Shown here: positions 25,873 to 36,708 of the stretch, in pieces | Layout: each line of letters opens with the position of its first letter | Position numbering within the stretch: position 1 is the first letter of the stretch | Assembly (NCBI GenBank): GCA_965223155.1 | Contig: CBDCVR010000013.1 | Location: forward strand, 768,001-832,000 | From: Candidatus Multivoradales bacterium | Lineage (GTDB): Bacteria > Acidobacteriota > Thermoanaerobaculia > Multivoradales > JAHEKO01 | DNA: 64,000 nucleotides | Direction: 5' to 3' | The notes under the pieces: model-generated | Database searches by the model: none | Told to the model about the DNA's origin: nothing | The model's input: only the letters and a program-made list of their open reading frames with translations | Translations under genes and position numbers: made by a program

Positions 25873-27060
25873 CTAGCTCGCTTCCGCGTCGGCGTCGGTG
25901 GCCGCATCGGCGGCCTGGTCCCCGACCAGCTTGACCGGAGCGCCGTCCTTCAAGCCGCCCTGTCCGGCCACGATCACCTGCTCGCCCGGAGCGACCCCGG
26001 AGCTAGCCTGGACCCAAAGGCCCTCCTCGAGTCCGAGTTGGATCTCTTGCTTCCGCGCTTGCCCGTCCTCGAACAGGAAGACGTGCGCGCTCTGGAGCTC
26101 GCGCAGCACCGCCTCGCGCGGCAGCAGGATGGCATCCGTCCGGGTCTCACGCACGATGTCGATGGTGACGAAGCTCCCCGGCCGCACGCCCTCGGGAGGC
26201 GCCACCGCCTCGATGGTCAGCTTGATCGTGCCCGTCGCGGTGTCGACCACCGGACTGACCTGCCGGATCGAGCCGGCAAAGCGAGTCTCCTCGTCGGCGT
26301 TGAGGGTAATGCGCACGGGAGCGTCCGAATTGAGACCGAGCACGTCCCGCTCGGGCAGGAAGATGCGCGCCACCAGCGGATCCAGATCGGTGATCTGAAA
26401 CAGCTCGTCCGAGGGCCGGACGTTCTGGCCCACCTGAATCATGCGCTCGCTGATCTGGCCGGTGAACGGGGCGCGGATCGTCGTCTTCTCGAGCATCCAG
26501 CGCGCCTCGGCCAGCTCCTGGCGGGCGATCTCGTAGTCCATGGTGAACTTATCGAACTCCTCGCGGCTGATGAGCTCCTTACCGATCAAGTCCTCGCCGC
26601 GCTCGTACGCGAGCCGGGCATTGGTCTCTTTGAGCCCGGCCTTGGTCACCGCGATCTGCTCGTCGTCCCGGACCAGGGTTGCCAGTACCTGGCCCCGCCG
26701 CACGAAGTCCCCTTCTTCGACCAGGAGCCGGCCCACCCGGCCCTCGACCTCGCTCAGCATGCGTACCTGGTTCTCGGCGACCAGGTTCGCCGTCGAGGAC
26801 AGATAGGCCGAGATCTCACCGGCGGCGACCTCGGCGACCTCCACCGGGACCGGAGCCTTCTCTCCCTCCCCGCCTTCACCTCCCGCCTCGCCCTCACCCG
26901 CCGCGGCTCCGTTCTCGCCATTCTCCGCGGACTCGGCGGCCTCGCCTTCCTTGCCGGCACCGTTCGCTTTGGCGGCGCTCAGGTTCATAAACACCAGGCC
27001 CGCCACCACCGCTACGATCACCGCGGCTACCAGCCATACGAAACGCTTTTTCTTGCTCAT
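25873..27060 (-). CDS. RND membrane fusion protein (periplasmic adaptor)
   Basis: N-terminal TM, lipoyl-like VEEGDFVRRGQ, helical hairpin, IRAPFTG, SPVVDTATGT. Confidence 0.95.
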   Translation of the reverse strand: MSKKKRFVWLVAAVIVAVVAGLVFMNLSAAKANGAGKEGEAAESAENGENGAAAGEGEAGGEGGEGEKAPVPVEVAEVAAGEISAYLSSTANLVAENQVRMLSEVEGRVGRLLVEEGDFVRRGQVLATLVRDDEQIAVTKAGLKETNARLAYERGEDLIGKELISREEFDKFTMDYEIARQELAEARWMLEKTTIRAPFTGQISERMIQVGQNVRPSDELFQITDLDPLVARIFLPERDVLGLNSDAPVRITLNADEETRFAGSIRQVSPVVDTATGTIKLTIEAVAPPEGVRPGSFVTIDIVRETRTDAILLPREAVLRELQSAHVFLFEDGQARKQEIQLGLEEGLWVQASSGVAPGEQVIVAGQGGLKDGAPVKLVGDQAADAATDADAEAS

Positions 27061-27153
27061 CTCGACGTCGCCTCCCTCGGCACGCGATATTCAATTGTCT
27101 TGGTCCGGCTTGAAGCGGCTCTCGTCGATGACGCTGCCGCACTTAGGTAGGAA

Positions 27154-27180
27154 TACGCATCGGCGCGAAGGAGTGTTTCA
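27154..27180 (-). promoter_or_regulatory. Candidate ECF-sigma promoter TGAAAC-N17-CGTA for the RND operon
   Basis: Minus strand TGAAAC actccttcgcgccgatg CGTA about 94 bp upstream of the MFP ATG; resembles the SigW-type consensus. Confidence 0.45.
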
Positions 27181-27280
27181 GCGTTTCTCTCGTTTCTGGA
27201 CGGCCGATTCCCGCCCGGAGCGCGTGCTAACATTTTTCGCGCCCCCCCGCCGACGCGCTCTCGCCAAAGCCCGGTAGCCA

Positions 27281-30202
27281 ATGATCGAGACGACGGAACT
27301 TCTCACGTCCTACGTCCGCGGAGTTCGTCGGCTGAGTGGGGCCGAGGCGGTAACCCTGTACCTGCCGGCCGCGGTCACTGGGCTGACGCGCCCTCTTCTG
27401 GTCCACGACGGCGGCGCCGACCCGCCCGAAGAGCTGGCCACGGTCGAGCAAGCCGCGGCCTTCGCCGACGAGCCAGTCCCGGCCGCCGAGGAATTTCGAA
27501 CCGGCACGGAGGCCGGTTGCCTGCTGGTGCCGCTGGACTTCGAGGGCGGAGCGACGGAGGGCGCGCCCCGGCGCCGAAGCACCGACGCCGCCGGCTCCAC
27601 GACGACGCCGCCGGCTTGGCTGGGTCTTCGCTTCCCGGAGCCGGCCGCAGCCGAGGCTCCCGAACGCTTCCTGAGCGATCGCCGGATCTTCGAGACCGCC
27701 ACCGAAGACGCCCCCCGCTGGTGGCGCTGGCTGTTTTCGCTGGGCGGAGCCCTGGCCAGCCATGCATCGCAGATCGCCTCGGTGCTACGCGATCCGGTCA
27801 CCGGGCTTCCCGACCGCACCGCCTTCCAGGCAATCCTGGACGAAGAGGTCGACAGGGCACGGAGAGACGGGGCGGTCCTGAGCCTCATCCTGATCAATCC
27901 CGACGAGTTCGCCATCATCAACGAGCGTTTCGGACGGGAGGCGGGCGACCAGGTCGTGCGCGAGATCAGCCACCGTCTGCGCTCCGGCTTGCGCAGCTCG
28001 GACCCCCTGTCGCGCTACGGCGGCGTGATCTTCTCCGCGGTGCTCCCTGGAGCCGATGCCGCAACCAGCCGCAGCGTAGGCGAGAAGCTGCTCTCGGCGC
28101 TGCGTGAGGCTTCGTTCCTGGACGGCGCGGTCCGGCTCGGCTTCTCGATCGGAATCGCCTCATGTTCGATCGACGAGCTGGAAGCGGTGCCTCCGATCGA
28201 GATCGTGCGGCGCGCCGACCAGGCCCTCAACGCCGCCAAACGGCTGGGCGGCGGCTGCATCGTGGACTGGAGCGAGCGGGCCGGCATCGAAGAGTCGGGC
28301 GCGTTCGACCGCCTGAGCGGCATCTTCACGGGCAACATGGCCAAGGACTACCGCAACATGGTGTTGTTGTGGGACGTCATCGACACGATCGCCACCAATC
28401 ACGACTTCGAAGGGCTGTCCCGCGAAGCGCTGGACAAGCTCTACTCCACCTTCAAGCCCAACCGAATCGGACTATTTCGTGCCCAGGACGACGGCACCCT
28501 GGCGCTGGTTCACGGCTTCACCCGTACCGCGGGCGGCGGCGAGCTTCAGCGCCGGATGGAGACCGTGGAGCCGGCCCTCGAAGAGACCAACCTGATGCGT
28601 CTGGCCATCGCCGCGGGGACGCCGCGCGAGCTGGCGCCGCCCGATCGCGAGGAACTGGGTTGGCCGGCGTACGCGGTGCCCCTGCGCACCAGCGGCTCGG
28701 CCCTGGGGGCGTTGCTTCTGGCCGACCCCCACGAAGGCCAAAGCCTTGACTCCGCGGATCTGGTCTTTCTGCACGCTCTCGGCAGGCAGCTCGCCGTGGC
28801 TCTGGATCTGGCCCGACTCGCCGCCTTGAACCACGAGCGGCAAGAGGGCGAGAAGCGCAAGCTGATGGCCGAGCTCAACCAGCTACGCCAGGCCCTGCAG
28901 CAATCGAAGCTCCTCTACCGCTCGCCCGAGATGGACGGCATCGTCGCCACCGCGCGGCGGGTGGCGCCCACCGACGCCACGGTTCTCATCACCGGCGAGA
29001 GCGGTACCGGCAAGGAGCTCCTGGCGCGAACGGTCCACGAGCTGAGCGACCGGCGCGACCGGCCCTTCGTCGTGGTGGACTGCGGCTCGATCGCAACCAC
29101 CTTGATCGAGAGCGAGCTCTTTGGACACGAGAAGGGTGCCTACACGGGAGCCGAGGGCCGGCGCAGCGGCCGCCTGGCCGAGGCCGACACCGGCACCGTG
29201 TTCCTGGACGAGATTGGAGAGCTGCCGCTGGAAGTCCAGAGCAAGCTCCTCCGCTTCGTCCAGGAAAAGCAATTCGCTCCCATCGGTGGTGGCAAGAACC
29301 GGCGCGTGGACGTCCGCATCGTCGCGGCCACCAACCGCAACCTGGCCGCCGAGGTTACGGCCGGGCACTTCCGGGAAGACCTCTATTACCGCCTCAACGT
29401 GGTCCGGCTCGAGGTGCCTCCGCTCAGGGAGCGCCCGGACGACGTGCTGCACCTGGCCCAGCACTTTCTCGAATCCTTCGCCGTGCAGTACCAGAAGAGC
29501 GTCCGCCGATTTTCCGAGCGCGCCGAGCAGGAGCTCACCCGGTACGGTTGGCCCGGCAACGTTCGCGAGCTCCAGAATCGCATCATGCAAGCGGTCATCC
29601 TCTGCGATCGAGACGAGCTCGACGCGGACGGCCTGAGCCTGCCGCTCGAACCCGCGGCGGCCGAAGCGCTGCCGCCCTCCTGGCCTGGAGGCGAAGCGCC
29701 GGCACCGGCACCGGCGCCCGCGATCGCCGGGCCCGAGATCTCGGGAGACAGCTGGGAGCGCCTGCGGGTCGCCCTGGGCCGCGAGCTGGACGTCGCCCTC
29801 GCCGGCGAGCGCGATTTCCTGCATCCATTAGGCACCTGGATTCGCGAGGATCTGATCTTGGAAGCCGATCGCCTCGCGGGCGGCGTGGCCCGCCAGGCCG
29901 CGCAATCGGTCGGTATTCCCGAGACCACGTTTCGACGCCGCCTGGCCAAGGCCGTCCGGCAGCGGAAAGCCGGGCTGCTGGCCCGTTCCGGCCGCTGGAA
30001 TGAGGTGCAGGCGGTCCTGGCCGAAGTCATCCGTGCCGGCGCCGACGGCGGCGCCGACGGCGGCAAAGACCTCGTTCGACGCGCTCTGCGCGTCTTGCTC
30101 GGCGAGATTCTGGAGCGGCTCCCGGACGACGTGCCGACCGGATCGCAGCTCCTGGGCGTCACGCCGCCGACGTTTCGAGCCCGCATTCGCGAGCTGGTCT
30201 AG
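27281..30202 (+). CDS. Sigma54-dependent activator with degenerate GGDEF and GAF domains
   Basis: [23 protein letters not shown]; GAF; [46 protein letters not shown]; two HTH-like C-terminal segments. Confidence 0.92.
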   Translation: MIETTELLTSYVRGVRRLSGAEAVTLYLPAAVTGLTRPLLVHDGGADPPEELATVEQAAAFADEPVPAAEEFRTGTEAGCLLVPLDFEGGATEGAPRRRSTDAAGSTTTPPAWLGLRFPEPAAAEAPERFLSDRRIFETATEDAPRWWRWLFSLGGALASHASQIASVLRDPVTGLPDRTAFQAILDEEVDRARRDGAVLSLILINPDEFAIINERFGREAGDQVVREISHRLRSGLRSSDPLSRYGGVIFSAVLPGADAATSRSVGEKLLSALREASFLDGAVRLGFSIGIASCSIDELEAVPPIEIVRRADQALNAAKRLGGGCIVDWSERAGIEESGAFDRLSGIFTGNMAKDYRNMVLLWDVIDTIATNHDFEGLSREALDKLYSTFKPNRIGLFRAQDDGTLALVHGFTRTAGGGELQRRMETVEPALEETNLMRLAIAAGTPRELAPPDREELGWPAYAVPLRTSGSALGALLLADPHEGQSLDSADLVFLHALGRQLAVALDLARLAALNHERQEGEKRKLMAELNQLRQALQQSKLLYRSPEMDGIVATARRVAPTDATVLITGESGTGKELLARTVHELSDRRDRPFVVVDCGSIATTLIESELFGHEKGAYTGAEGRRSGRLAEADTGTVFLDEIGELPLEVQSKLLRFVQEKQFAPIGGGKNRRVDVRIVAATNRNLAAEVTAGHFREDLYYRLNVVRLEVPPLRERPDDVLHLAQHFLESFAVQYQKSVRRFSERAEQELTRYGWPGNVRELQNRIMQAVILCDRDELDADGLSLPLEPAAAEALPPSWPGGEAPAPAPAPAIAGPEISGDSWERLRVALGRELDVALAGERDFLHPLGTWIREDLILEADRLAGGVARQAAQSVGIPETTFRRRLAKAVRQRKAGLLARSGRWNEVQAVLAEVIRAGADGGADGGKDLVRRALRVLLGEILERLPDDVPTGSQLLGVTPPTFRARIRELV

Positions 30203-30293
30203 GCATGCCGACCGTCCGGCTCGGACGCAGCGTCGAGGGTCGCAACTGTTGAAATGCCATTGACTTTGCAGCGCCGGAGCGTAGGCTGGCTCG

Positions 30294-32459
30294 GTGACTC
30301 GTCCCTCCGCAGGAAGGCCGCCGAGCCCGTACGTGGGCGAAGCCTCGTCGGCCGCGCCCGCGCCCACGGTTCTCTTCGTCGAGGACGATGAGAACCTGCG
30401 CCTCCTGGGACGCCGGCGGCTCGAAGCCATCGGTCTGAACGTGGTCGAAGCCGGCGATGCCGCCGGCGCTCTGGAGCTCTACATCCAGCAGCCACCGGCG
30501 CTCGTCCTCCTGGATGTGGGCCTGCCTGATCGCAGCGGCCTCGAGGTCTGCGGCACGATCCGCGCAATGCCCGATGGCGAGGAGATCCCGATCCTGATGC
30601 TGACTGGTCTCGGCGATTCGGAGACGATCGCCGAGGCCTACCAAGCCGGAGCCACCGATTTCGCGGTCAAGCCGGCCAACTGGACCGTGCTGGCGAATCG
30701 CATTCAGTACATGGTCAGCGCCGGACTGGACCGGCAGCGCTTGCTGGCGAGCCGGAGCAAGCTTGCCAAGACCGAGCGCATCGCGCACCTGGGCACCTGG
30801 GAGCTCGAGTTGGGCCGGCGCAGGTTGAGCTGGTCGGCTGAGACCGGCCGCATCCTGGGCCTTCCCGAAAGCGGCACCGCCGCGCTCGAAGAGCTCATCG
30901 AGCGCGTCCATCCCTTGGATCGCGCCCGCGTGACCGAAGCCTTCGACACCGCCGTCACAGGGCAGACCGAGATCGACGTGGATCACCGCCTCCTGTGCAG
31001 CGACGGCAGCATCCGCATGGTCCACCACCGCGCCGAGATACGCCGTGACCAGGGCGGCCGGGCAGTCGCCATCCACGGCGTCACCCGCGACGTGACCGAC
31101 CGGCGGCGGACCGAGGAACGGGTCAAGCAGCTGGCCAACTACGATCTCTTGACCGGCCTGCCCAACCGGCACATGTTCCTGGAGCTGCTGCGCAGTACCC
31201 TGGCCCGGGGCGAGCGGAACGACTCGCTCTCGGCCGTCGTCTACCTCGACCTGGATCGGTTCAAGACCATCAACGACACGCTCGGCCCGGAGGCCGGTGA
31301 TGAGCTCTTGACCAGCGTCGCCGACCGGTTGCGAGTCTCGCTGCGCCGCAGCGACTACATCGTGCGCGAGCCGGGACCGACGGTGGCACGCTGGGGCGGC
31401 GACAAGTTCCTGATCCTGGTGAGCGACCTGGAAAGCGTGCGCGGCGCCGCGCGCGCCACCCAGCGGCTGCTGAATCAACTGTCGATACCGTTTACCCTGC
31501 GCGGTGAAGAGACGTTCCTGACCGCCAGCGCCGGCATCGCCGTCCACCCACCGGACGCCCAGAGCGCCTTCGACCTGCTCCAGCACGCCGAGTCCGCTAT
31601 GTACCACGCCAAGGAAGCGGGCAGGAACCGTTTCCAGTTCTACAGCGAGTGGATGAACTCGACTTCGACTCGCAAGATGGAGATCGAGCGGCACCTGCAT
31701 CGGGCCGTCGAGCTAAACGAGCTGAGCCTGGCCTTCCAGCCTCTGCTGTCCTGCGCCGATCTAGAGGTCGTGGGCGCCGAAGCCCTGGTCCGCTGGACCA
31801 ACGCCAAGCTAGGGCTGGTGCCGCCCGACGAGTTCATCCCCATCGCCGAGGAAATCGGCGTGATCGAGGAGATCGGAGAGTGGGTCCTGCGGACCGCCTG
31901 CGCTAGAGCCGTGAGCTGGGCCGGACTGACCGGTTTCCCCGAACGGCTGGCGGTCAACGTCTCCACTCATCAGCTCCGGGAGCGCAACTTTGTCGGCTTG
32001 GTCGAGCGCATTCTGGACGAGACCGGACTCGATCCGGAGCGCCTGGATCTCGAGCTCACCGAGCGCGGTGTCACGCTGGACGACGCCCGCTCGGCGGCAC
32101 ACCTCCAACAGCTCCGGACCCGGGGCGTCCGGATCGCTATCGACGATTTCGGTACCGGCAATTCAGCGCTGTCCTACCTCAAGGCGTTTCCGCTCGACCT
32201 CTTGAAGATCGACCGGTCGTTCGTGCGCGGCATCCAGTCCGGTGGCACCGACGCAGCGATCATCTCGGCGGTGATCGCAATGGCGCACCGGTTGGGCTTC
32301 GAGGTGGTGGCCGAGGGGCTCGAATCCGAGGCCCAGCTTCGGTTTCTGGCCGCCGAGCGCTGTGACTACGTCCAGGGTTTTCTCTTCGCCAAACCGCTGC
32401 CGGCTGAGGAATTCAGTAGGATGTGCCGGAGCGGCGGTTTCTCGACCCTCCGCCGCTAG
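30294..32459 (+). CDS. REC-PAS-GGDEF(degenerate GGDKF)-EAL protein, probable c-di-GMP phosphodiesterase
   Basis: FVEDD/LLDVGLP REC; PAS/PAC; RWGGDKF; EAL, VNVS, ELTE, DDFGTG, KIDRSF, EG.E, QGF. Confidence 0.92.
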   Translation: MTRPSAGRPPSPYVGEASSAAPAPTVLFVEDDENLRLLGRRRLEAIGLNVVEAGDAAGALELYIQQPPALVLLDVGLPDRSGLEVCGTIRAMPDGEEIPILMLTGLGDSETIAEAYQAGATDFAVKPANWTVLANRIQYMVSAGLDRQRLLASRSKLAKTERIAHLGTWELELGRRRLSWSAETGRILGLPESGTAALEELIERVHPLDRARVTEAFDTAVTGQTEIDVDHRLLCSDGSIRMVHHRAEIRRDQGGRAVAIHGVTRDVTDRRRTEERVKQLANYDLLTGLPNRHMFLELLRSTLARGERNDSLSAVVYLDLDRFKTINDTLGPEAGDELLTSVADRLRVSLRRSDYIVREPGPTVARWGGDKFLILVSDLESVRGAARATQRLLNQLSIPFTLRGEETFLTASAGIAVHPPDAQSAFDLLQHAESAMYHAKEAGRNRFQFYSEWMNSTSTRKMEIERHLHRAVELNELSLAFQPLLSCADLEVVGAEALVRWTNAKLGLVPPDEFIPIAEEIGVIEEIGEWVLRTACARAVSWAGLTGFPERLAVNVSTHQLRERNFVGLVERILDETGLDPERLDLELTERGVTLDDARSAAHLQQLRTRGVRIAIDDFGTGNSALSYLKAFPLDLLKIDRSFVRGIQSGGTDAAIISAVIAMAHRLGFEVVAEGLESEAQLRFLAAERCDYVQGFLFAKPLPAEEFSRMCRSGGFSTLRR

Positions 32460-32473
32460 CCTCTAGGAACCTC

Positions 32474-35400
32474 ATGCCTCGACACCTACGCTGGAGCCGC
32501 TGGGCGGCGACGCTCGTCCTCCTGGCCCTGGCGACCGCCGCCAGCGCCCAGGAACGGAGGATTCCATTCGACCACGTTGGCCTGCAGGAGGGGCTGCCTC
32601 ACAGCACCGTCAACGCCATCGTCCAGGACGATCTCGGCTTTGTCTGGTTGGGGACCCAGGACGGCCTCGTGCACTGGGACGGCAACGCGTTCACCGCCTA
32701 CCGCCACGAGCCGGGCAACCAGGGATCGCTTTCCAATAACTGGGTCTGGACCATCCTCAAGGACAGCACGGGCCGCCTCTGGATCGGCACCAATGAAGGC
32801 GGCCTCAATCTCTGGGAGCCGGCGACTCGCAGCTTCGTCCAGTACCGAAACGACGAGATGGACCCCGCTTCGCTCTCCAACAACCGGGTCCGGGCCCTAC
32901 TGGAGGACCGAAATGGGCGCATCTGGGTCGGGACCGAATCCGGCCTCAACGTCTTCGATCCGATAGCCGGCCGTTTCGACCGCTATTTCCACGATCCGTC
33001 GAATCCGGACAGCCTGTCGCACAATCAGATCCGCACGATCTTCCAGGACCGCCGCGGCTCGATCTGGGTCGGCACCAACGGAGGCGGCCTGGATCGCTTG
33101 GATGACGCCGGTGGCGTCTTTACGCACTTCCGGCACGATCCGGACGATCCGGCCAGCCTGAGCCGCGACCGAGTCCGGGTGGTCTTCGAGGACCGGTCCG
33201 ACCAGCTCTGGGTCGGAACCTATGAAGGCGGCCTCAACCGCTTCGACCCCGCAACCGGCGCCTTCACTCGCTTCGCCGAGGAGCCGGGCCGGAGCGGCAG
33301 CCTGCTGGGCAACCGGGTGACTTCGATTCACCAGGACTCGAACGGCGTCCTCTGGGTCGGCACCTTCAGCGGCCTCAACGAATGGCTCCCCGAGCGTCAG
33401 GCGTTCACCCGCTACGCTCACAACCCGGCCGATCCCGCCAGCCTGAGCGACAACCGGGTCATGACCATCTTTCAAGATCGGGGCGGCGTGCTCTGGGTCG
33501 GCACTCAGGGCGGGATCAGCAAGTGGAACGCCGTAACCGGATCGTTTTCCGGCTTCCGGCACGACCCGGCTGCCCCCGATCGCAGCCTGATCAGCAACAC
33601 GGTCAACGCCCTGGCCGAAGACGCTCAAGGCCGGCTTTGGATCGGCACCTACGAGGGCCTGGACGTTCTCGATCGCGGCACCGGCACCGTGACCCACCAC
33701 CTGCGCGACGACGCCGTGCCCGGAAGGCTGCGCGACGACCGGGTCATGTCGCTCCACGTCGATCGCGGAGGCACGCTCTGGGTCGGCACCTTCGAAGGGG
33801 GATTGCACCGGCGACGAGCGGACGGCCGTTTCCGCAACTACCGGCACGATCCCGACGACCCAGCCAGCCTCAGCCGGGACGCGGTAACCGCGATCTTGGA
33901 AGATAGTCAGGGGGTGGTCTGGGCCGGCACCTACGGCGGCGGCCTCAACCGAGTCAAGGCAGACGGCTCAGGATTCATCCGCTACCGCAACGATCCCGAC
34001 AACGTCACGAGCATCGGCAACGACAAGGTGCTGGCTCTCCTCGAGGCCAGCGACGGGGCCCTCTGGGTCGGCACGGACGGCGGCGGACTCAGCCGGCTGG
34101 ACCGGCGCCAGGGCACCTTCACCCGGTACCGCAGCAACTCGGATGCGGAGTCCTCCCTGGGGGCCGACACGATCTTCTCGCTCGCGGAGAGCTCAGACGG
34201 GACCCTGTGGATCGGCACCCAGGGCGGCGGCCTCAGCCGGTGGCTCAAGCAGGACCGCATCGCAAACCGGGTCCGTTTCAAGACCTACACCACCAGCGAC
34301 GGTCTGCCCAACGACGTCGTCTACGCGATCCTGGAGGACGAGAGCGGCTCGCTCTGGCTGAGCACCAACGACGGCCTGGCCCGTTTTGACCCCGCCACCG
34401 AGACCTTCCGCAAGTACGGCACGACCCACGGGCTGCTCAGCACCGAGTTCAACTTCGGCGCCTTTCTCAAGACTCGTGACGGCGAGATGCTCTTCGGCAG
34501 CGACCAGGGCGTGAACTTCTTCCAGCCGTCCCGGATCCACGCCAACGACCACGCTCCTCCGGTGGTCCTGACCTCGTTTCTCAAGTTCAACCAGGAGGAA
34601 CGGCTCGAGATCCCGACGCCCGAGCTGCGCGAGCTCTACCTGACCCACAAGGACTACGTCGTGTCCTTCGAGTTCGCCGCCCTCGATTTCTCGGCTCCCG
34701 AGCGCAACAGCTACGCCTACATGCTGGAGGGGTTTGATACCGGTTGGAACGAAGTCGGGAACCTGAACCGCGCCACCTACACCAATCTGGACCCCGGCAG
34801 GTACACCTTCCGGGTCAAGGCCAGCAACAACGACGATCTCTGGAACGAGAACGGGGTGGCGCTGGCGATCAACGTGGCACCCCCTCCGTGGCGAGCCTGG
34901 TGGGCCTATCTGGCCTACCTGGCCGCGGCCCTGGCGGTCCTGCTGGCCGTGGTTCGCCGGCAGTCCGCGATCCGTGTGCGTGAAATCCAGCAACGCCGTG
35001 AGCTGGAGGACCAGGTCGCCCTGCGCACCACTGAGCTCGCCGAGCGAAACCAGGAGTTGGAAAGCGCCATCGACCGGCTCGAGCACGCCAGCGTCACCGA
35101 CGCGCTGACCGGGCTCCGCAATCGCCGCTACCTGGTCAACAACATCGACGCCGATCTGGCGCTGGTGGACCGGCACCACGAGAACCTGAAGCGCCGGCCC
35201 AAGGTCGCGGCTGAGGGACCGCCACCGGACTTTCTCTTCCTGCTGTTCGACCTGGATGGATTCAAGCAGGTCAACGACACCTACGGGCACGCCGCCGGCG
35301 ATCTCATCCTGCTCCAAGTGACCGAGATCCTGCGCGGCGCCTGCCGCGACGCCGACACCGTCATCCGTTGGGGCGGAGACGAATTCCTGATCGTCGCGCG

Positions 35401-35785
35401 CAACGCCACTCCCAAGACCGCCGAAGACCTGGCCGAGCGGATCCGCGCCGGCATCGCCGGCCATCGTTTCGAGCTGGGTCCCGAGACCTCGGTCGAGCTG
35501 AGCTGCTCGATCGGCTTCGCCTCGTATCCCTTTCTGCGAAAGTTCCCGCGTGCGTTCACCTGGGAACAGGTGGTTGCCGTCGCCGACCGCGGTTTGTACT
35601 TCGCCAAGAAAAGCTGCCGCAATGCTTGGGCCGGAATCTCCGAGAACCACCGGGTGGACACCGTCCACCCGTCCTCGCTGCTCCACCAGATTAACCACGA
35701 GTTGGAGCAGTTGGTCCAGCTCGAAGTCGTCGAGCTCAGGACCTCGATCGAAGACGAGGCGGAGCTCGTCTGGGGCTGGACCTAG
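32474..35785 (+). CDS. Periplasmic beta-propeller (Reg_prop)/Y_Y_Y sensor diguanylate cyclase
   Basis: Signal peptide; many D..G.LWVGT..GGL repeats; YAYMLEG..W...ATYTNLDPGRYTF; TM; RDAD I-site and RWGGDEF. Confidence 0.93.
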   Translation: MPRHLRWSRWAATLVLLALATAASAQERRIPFDHVGLQEGLPHSTVNAIVQDDLGFVWLGTQDGLVHWDGNAFTAYRHEPGNQGSLSNNWVWTILKDSTGRLWIGTNEGGLNLWEPATRSFVQYRNDEMDPASLSNNRVRALLEDRNGRIWVGTESGLNVFDPIAGRFDRYFHDPSNPDSLSHNQIRTIFQDRRGSIWVGTNGGGLDRLDDAGGVFTHFRHDPDDPASLSRDRVRVVFEDRSDQLWVGTYEGGLNRFDPATGAFTRFAEEPGRSGSLLGNRVTSIHQDSNGVLWVGTFSGLNEWLPERQAFTRYAHNPADPASLSDNRVMTIFQDRGGVLWVGTQGGISKWNAVTGSFSGFRHDPAAPDRSLISNTVNALAEDAQGRLWIGTYEGLDVLDRGTGTVTHHLRDDAVPGRLRDDRVMSLHVDRGGTLWVGTFEGGLHRRRADGRFRNYRHDPDDPASLSRDAVTAILEDSQGVVWAGTYGGGLNRVKADGSGFIRYRNDPDNVTSIGNDKVLALLEASDGALWVGTDGGGLSRLDRRQGTFTRYRSNSDAESSLGADTIFSLAESSDGTLWIGTQGGGLSRWLKQDRIANRVRFKTYTTSDGLPNDVVYAILEDESGSLWLSTNDGLARFDPATETFRKYGTTHGLLSTEFNFGAFLKTRDGEMLFGSDQGVNFFQPSRIHANDHAPPVVLTSFLKFNQEERLEIPTPELRELYLTHKDYVVSFEFAALDFSAPERNSYAYMLEGFDTGWNEVGNLNRATYTNLDPGRYTFRVKASNNDDLWNENGVALAINVAPPPWRAWWAYLAYLAAALAVLLAVVRRQSAIRVREIQQRRELEDQVALRTTELAERNQELESAIDRLEHASVTDALTGLRNRRYLVNNIDADLALVDRHHENLKRRPKVAAEGPPPDFLFLLFDLDGFKQVNDTYGHAAGDLILLQVTEILRGACRDADTVIRWGGDEFLIVARNATPKTAEDLAERIRAGIAGHRFELGPETSVELSCSIGFASYPFLRKFPRAFTWEQVVAVADRGLYFAKKSCRNAWAGISENHRVDTVHPSSLLHQINHELEQLVQLEVVELRTSIEDEAELVWGWT

Positions 35786-36708
35786 CCCCCGGTCTCTTTA
35801 CCGCCAATCCGGTCGACAATGGCTCCGACCGCCTCGGGCAGCGCGTCGAGACTGTCGGGCAGCACGAGCTCCACGGCGTCAACGGCGGGGGCGGCTCCAG
35901 TGAAGAGATCGAAGGCCGCCGCCCTGAGCCATTGGGCAAAGAGACTCGATGCCGTGAGGTTGGCGAGAATCCGGGTCACGGCCTCACTTGGCGCCAGCGG
36001 CCGGACCGTGGGCGCCGACACGTCGGGCCTGCGTCGCGGAAAGACGATCGCGCCGAGCGGCGCGCTGGCCGGTTCGAGCGGCTGCTGGTCCGGCCCCATC
36101 TTGAGCTGGGGAAATCGCGGCAAGACCTTCAGCCCCGGCCCGGCCCCCGCCAGAATCACCTGATCGTCGGCCAACCTCGTGTGCCCCGCAGCTTCGGCAA
36201 CACGCGCGAATGTGGACTTCCCCGCCCCGCTCTCGCCGGCTGCGGCGACCACCCGATCCCCGATCTGAAAGGCCGAGGCGTGGAGGCTCCAGCGCCCACA
36301 GGCGGCCAGGGCCAGGGTCAGACCGGGGCCGAGCGCGGCGTACCGAGCCTGATCCTCGGACCGGGGGCCCTCGATCGTGAGATCCACCGCAGGAGCCGAG
36401 AAGCGGCATCGGAGCCACTGCCGACCCTCGAGCTCCAGCCTGGCCCCCTCGTCGCCTGTGTGGATCAGGTACCGGGTCCTCCGGCCGGCCAGCCAGTTAC
36501 GCCCCGCGAGGGTCTCCAGCATGGACCGGTGCTTCCCCGCCGGAGCGTCCGGCTTCGAAAACTCGACGCCGAACAGCGTGAACGGCGTCAGCTCGCGCAC
36601 CGTGCCTGTGGCGCTCACGGTCAGTCCGGCCAGGCCGTAGTGGCGCCAGCGCGGCTCTCCGTCTTCCTGAAACCAGAGACGTACCGTCTCTCCGTCCGGC
36701 ACCTTCAT
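35782..36708 (-). CDS. HPr kinase-like P-loop protein (lasso-cluster kinase type)
   Basis: LHASA, GESGAGKST, LADD, PRFPQLK; ATG at 36708 overlaps cyclase TGA (TGATG). Confidence 0.8.
   Translation of the reverse strand: MKVPDGETVRLWFQEDGEPRWRHYGLAGLTVSATGTVRELTPFTLFGVEFSKPDAPAGKHRSMLETLAGRNWLAGRRTRYLIHTGDEGARLELEGRQWLRCRFSAPAVDLTIEGPRSEDQARYAALGPGLTLALAACGRWSLHASAFQIGDRVVAAAGESGAGKSTFARVAEAAGHTRLADDQVILAGAGPGLKVLPRFPQLKMGPDQQPLEPASAPLGAIVFPRRRPDVSAPTVRPLAPSEAVTRILANLTASSLFAQWLRAAAFDLFTGAAPAVDAVELVLPDSLDALPEAVGAIVDRIGGKETGG

Noticed and set aside
30241-30270. Sigma54-like sequence between the activator and EAL genes
   Set aside because: Plus strand has GC instead of the invariant GG; minus strand spacing is 3 nt too long
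32600-34500. Periodic repeats that might be a CRISPR array
   Set aside because: Degenerate in-frame protein propeller repeats, not identical repeats with unique spacers
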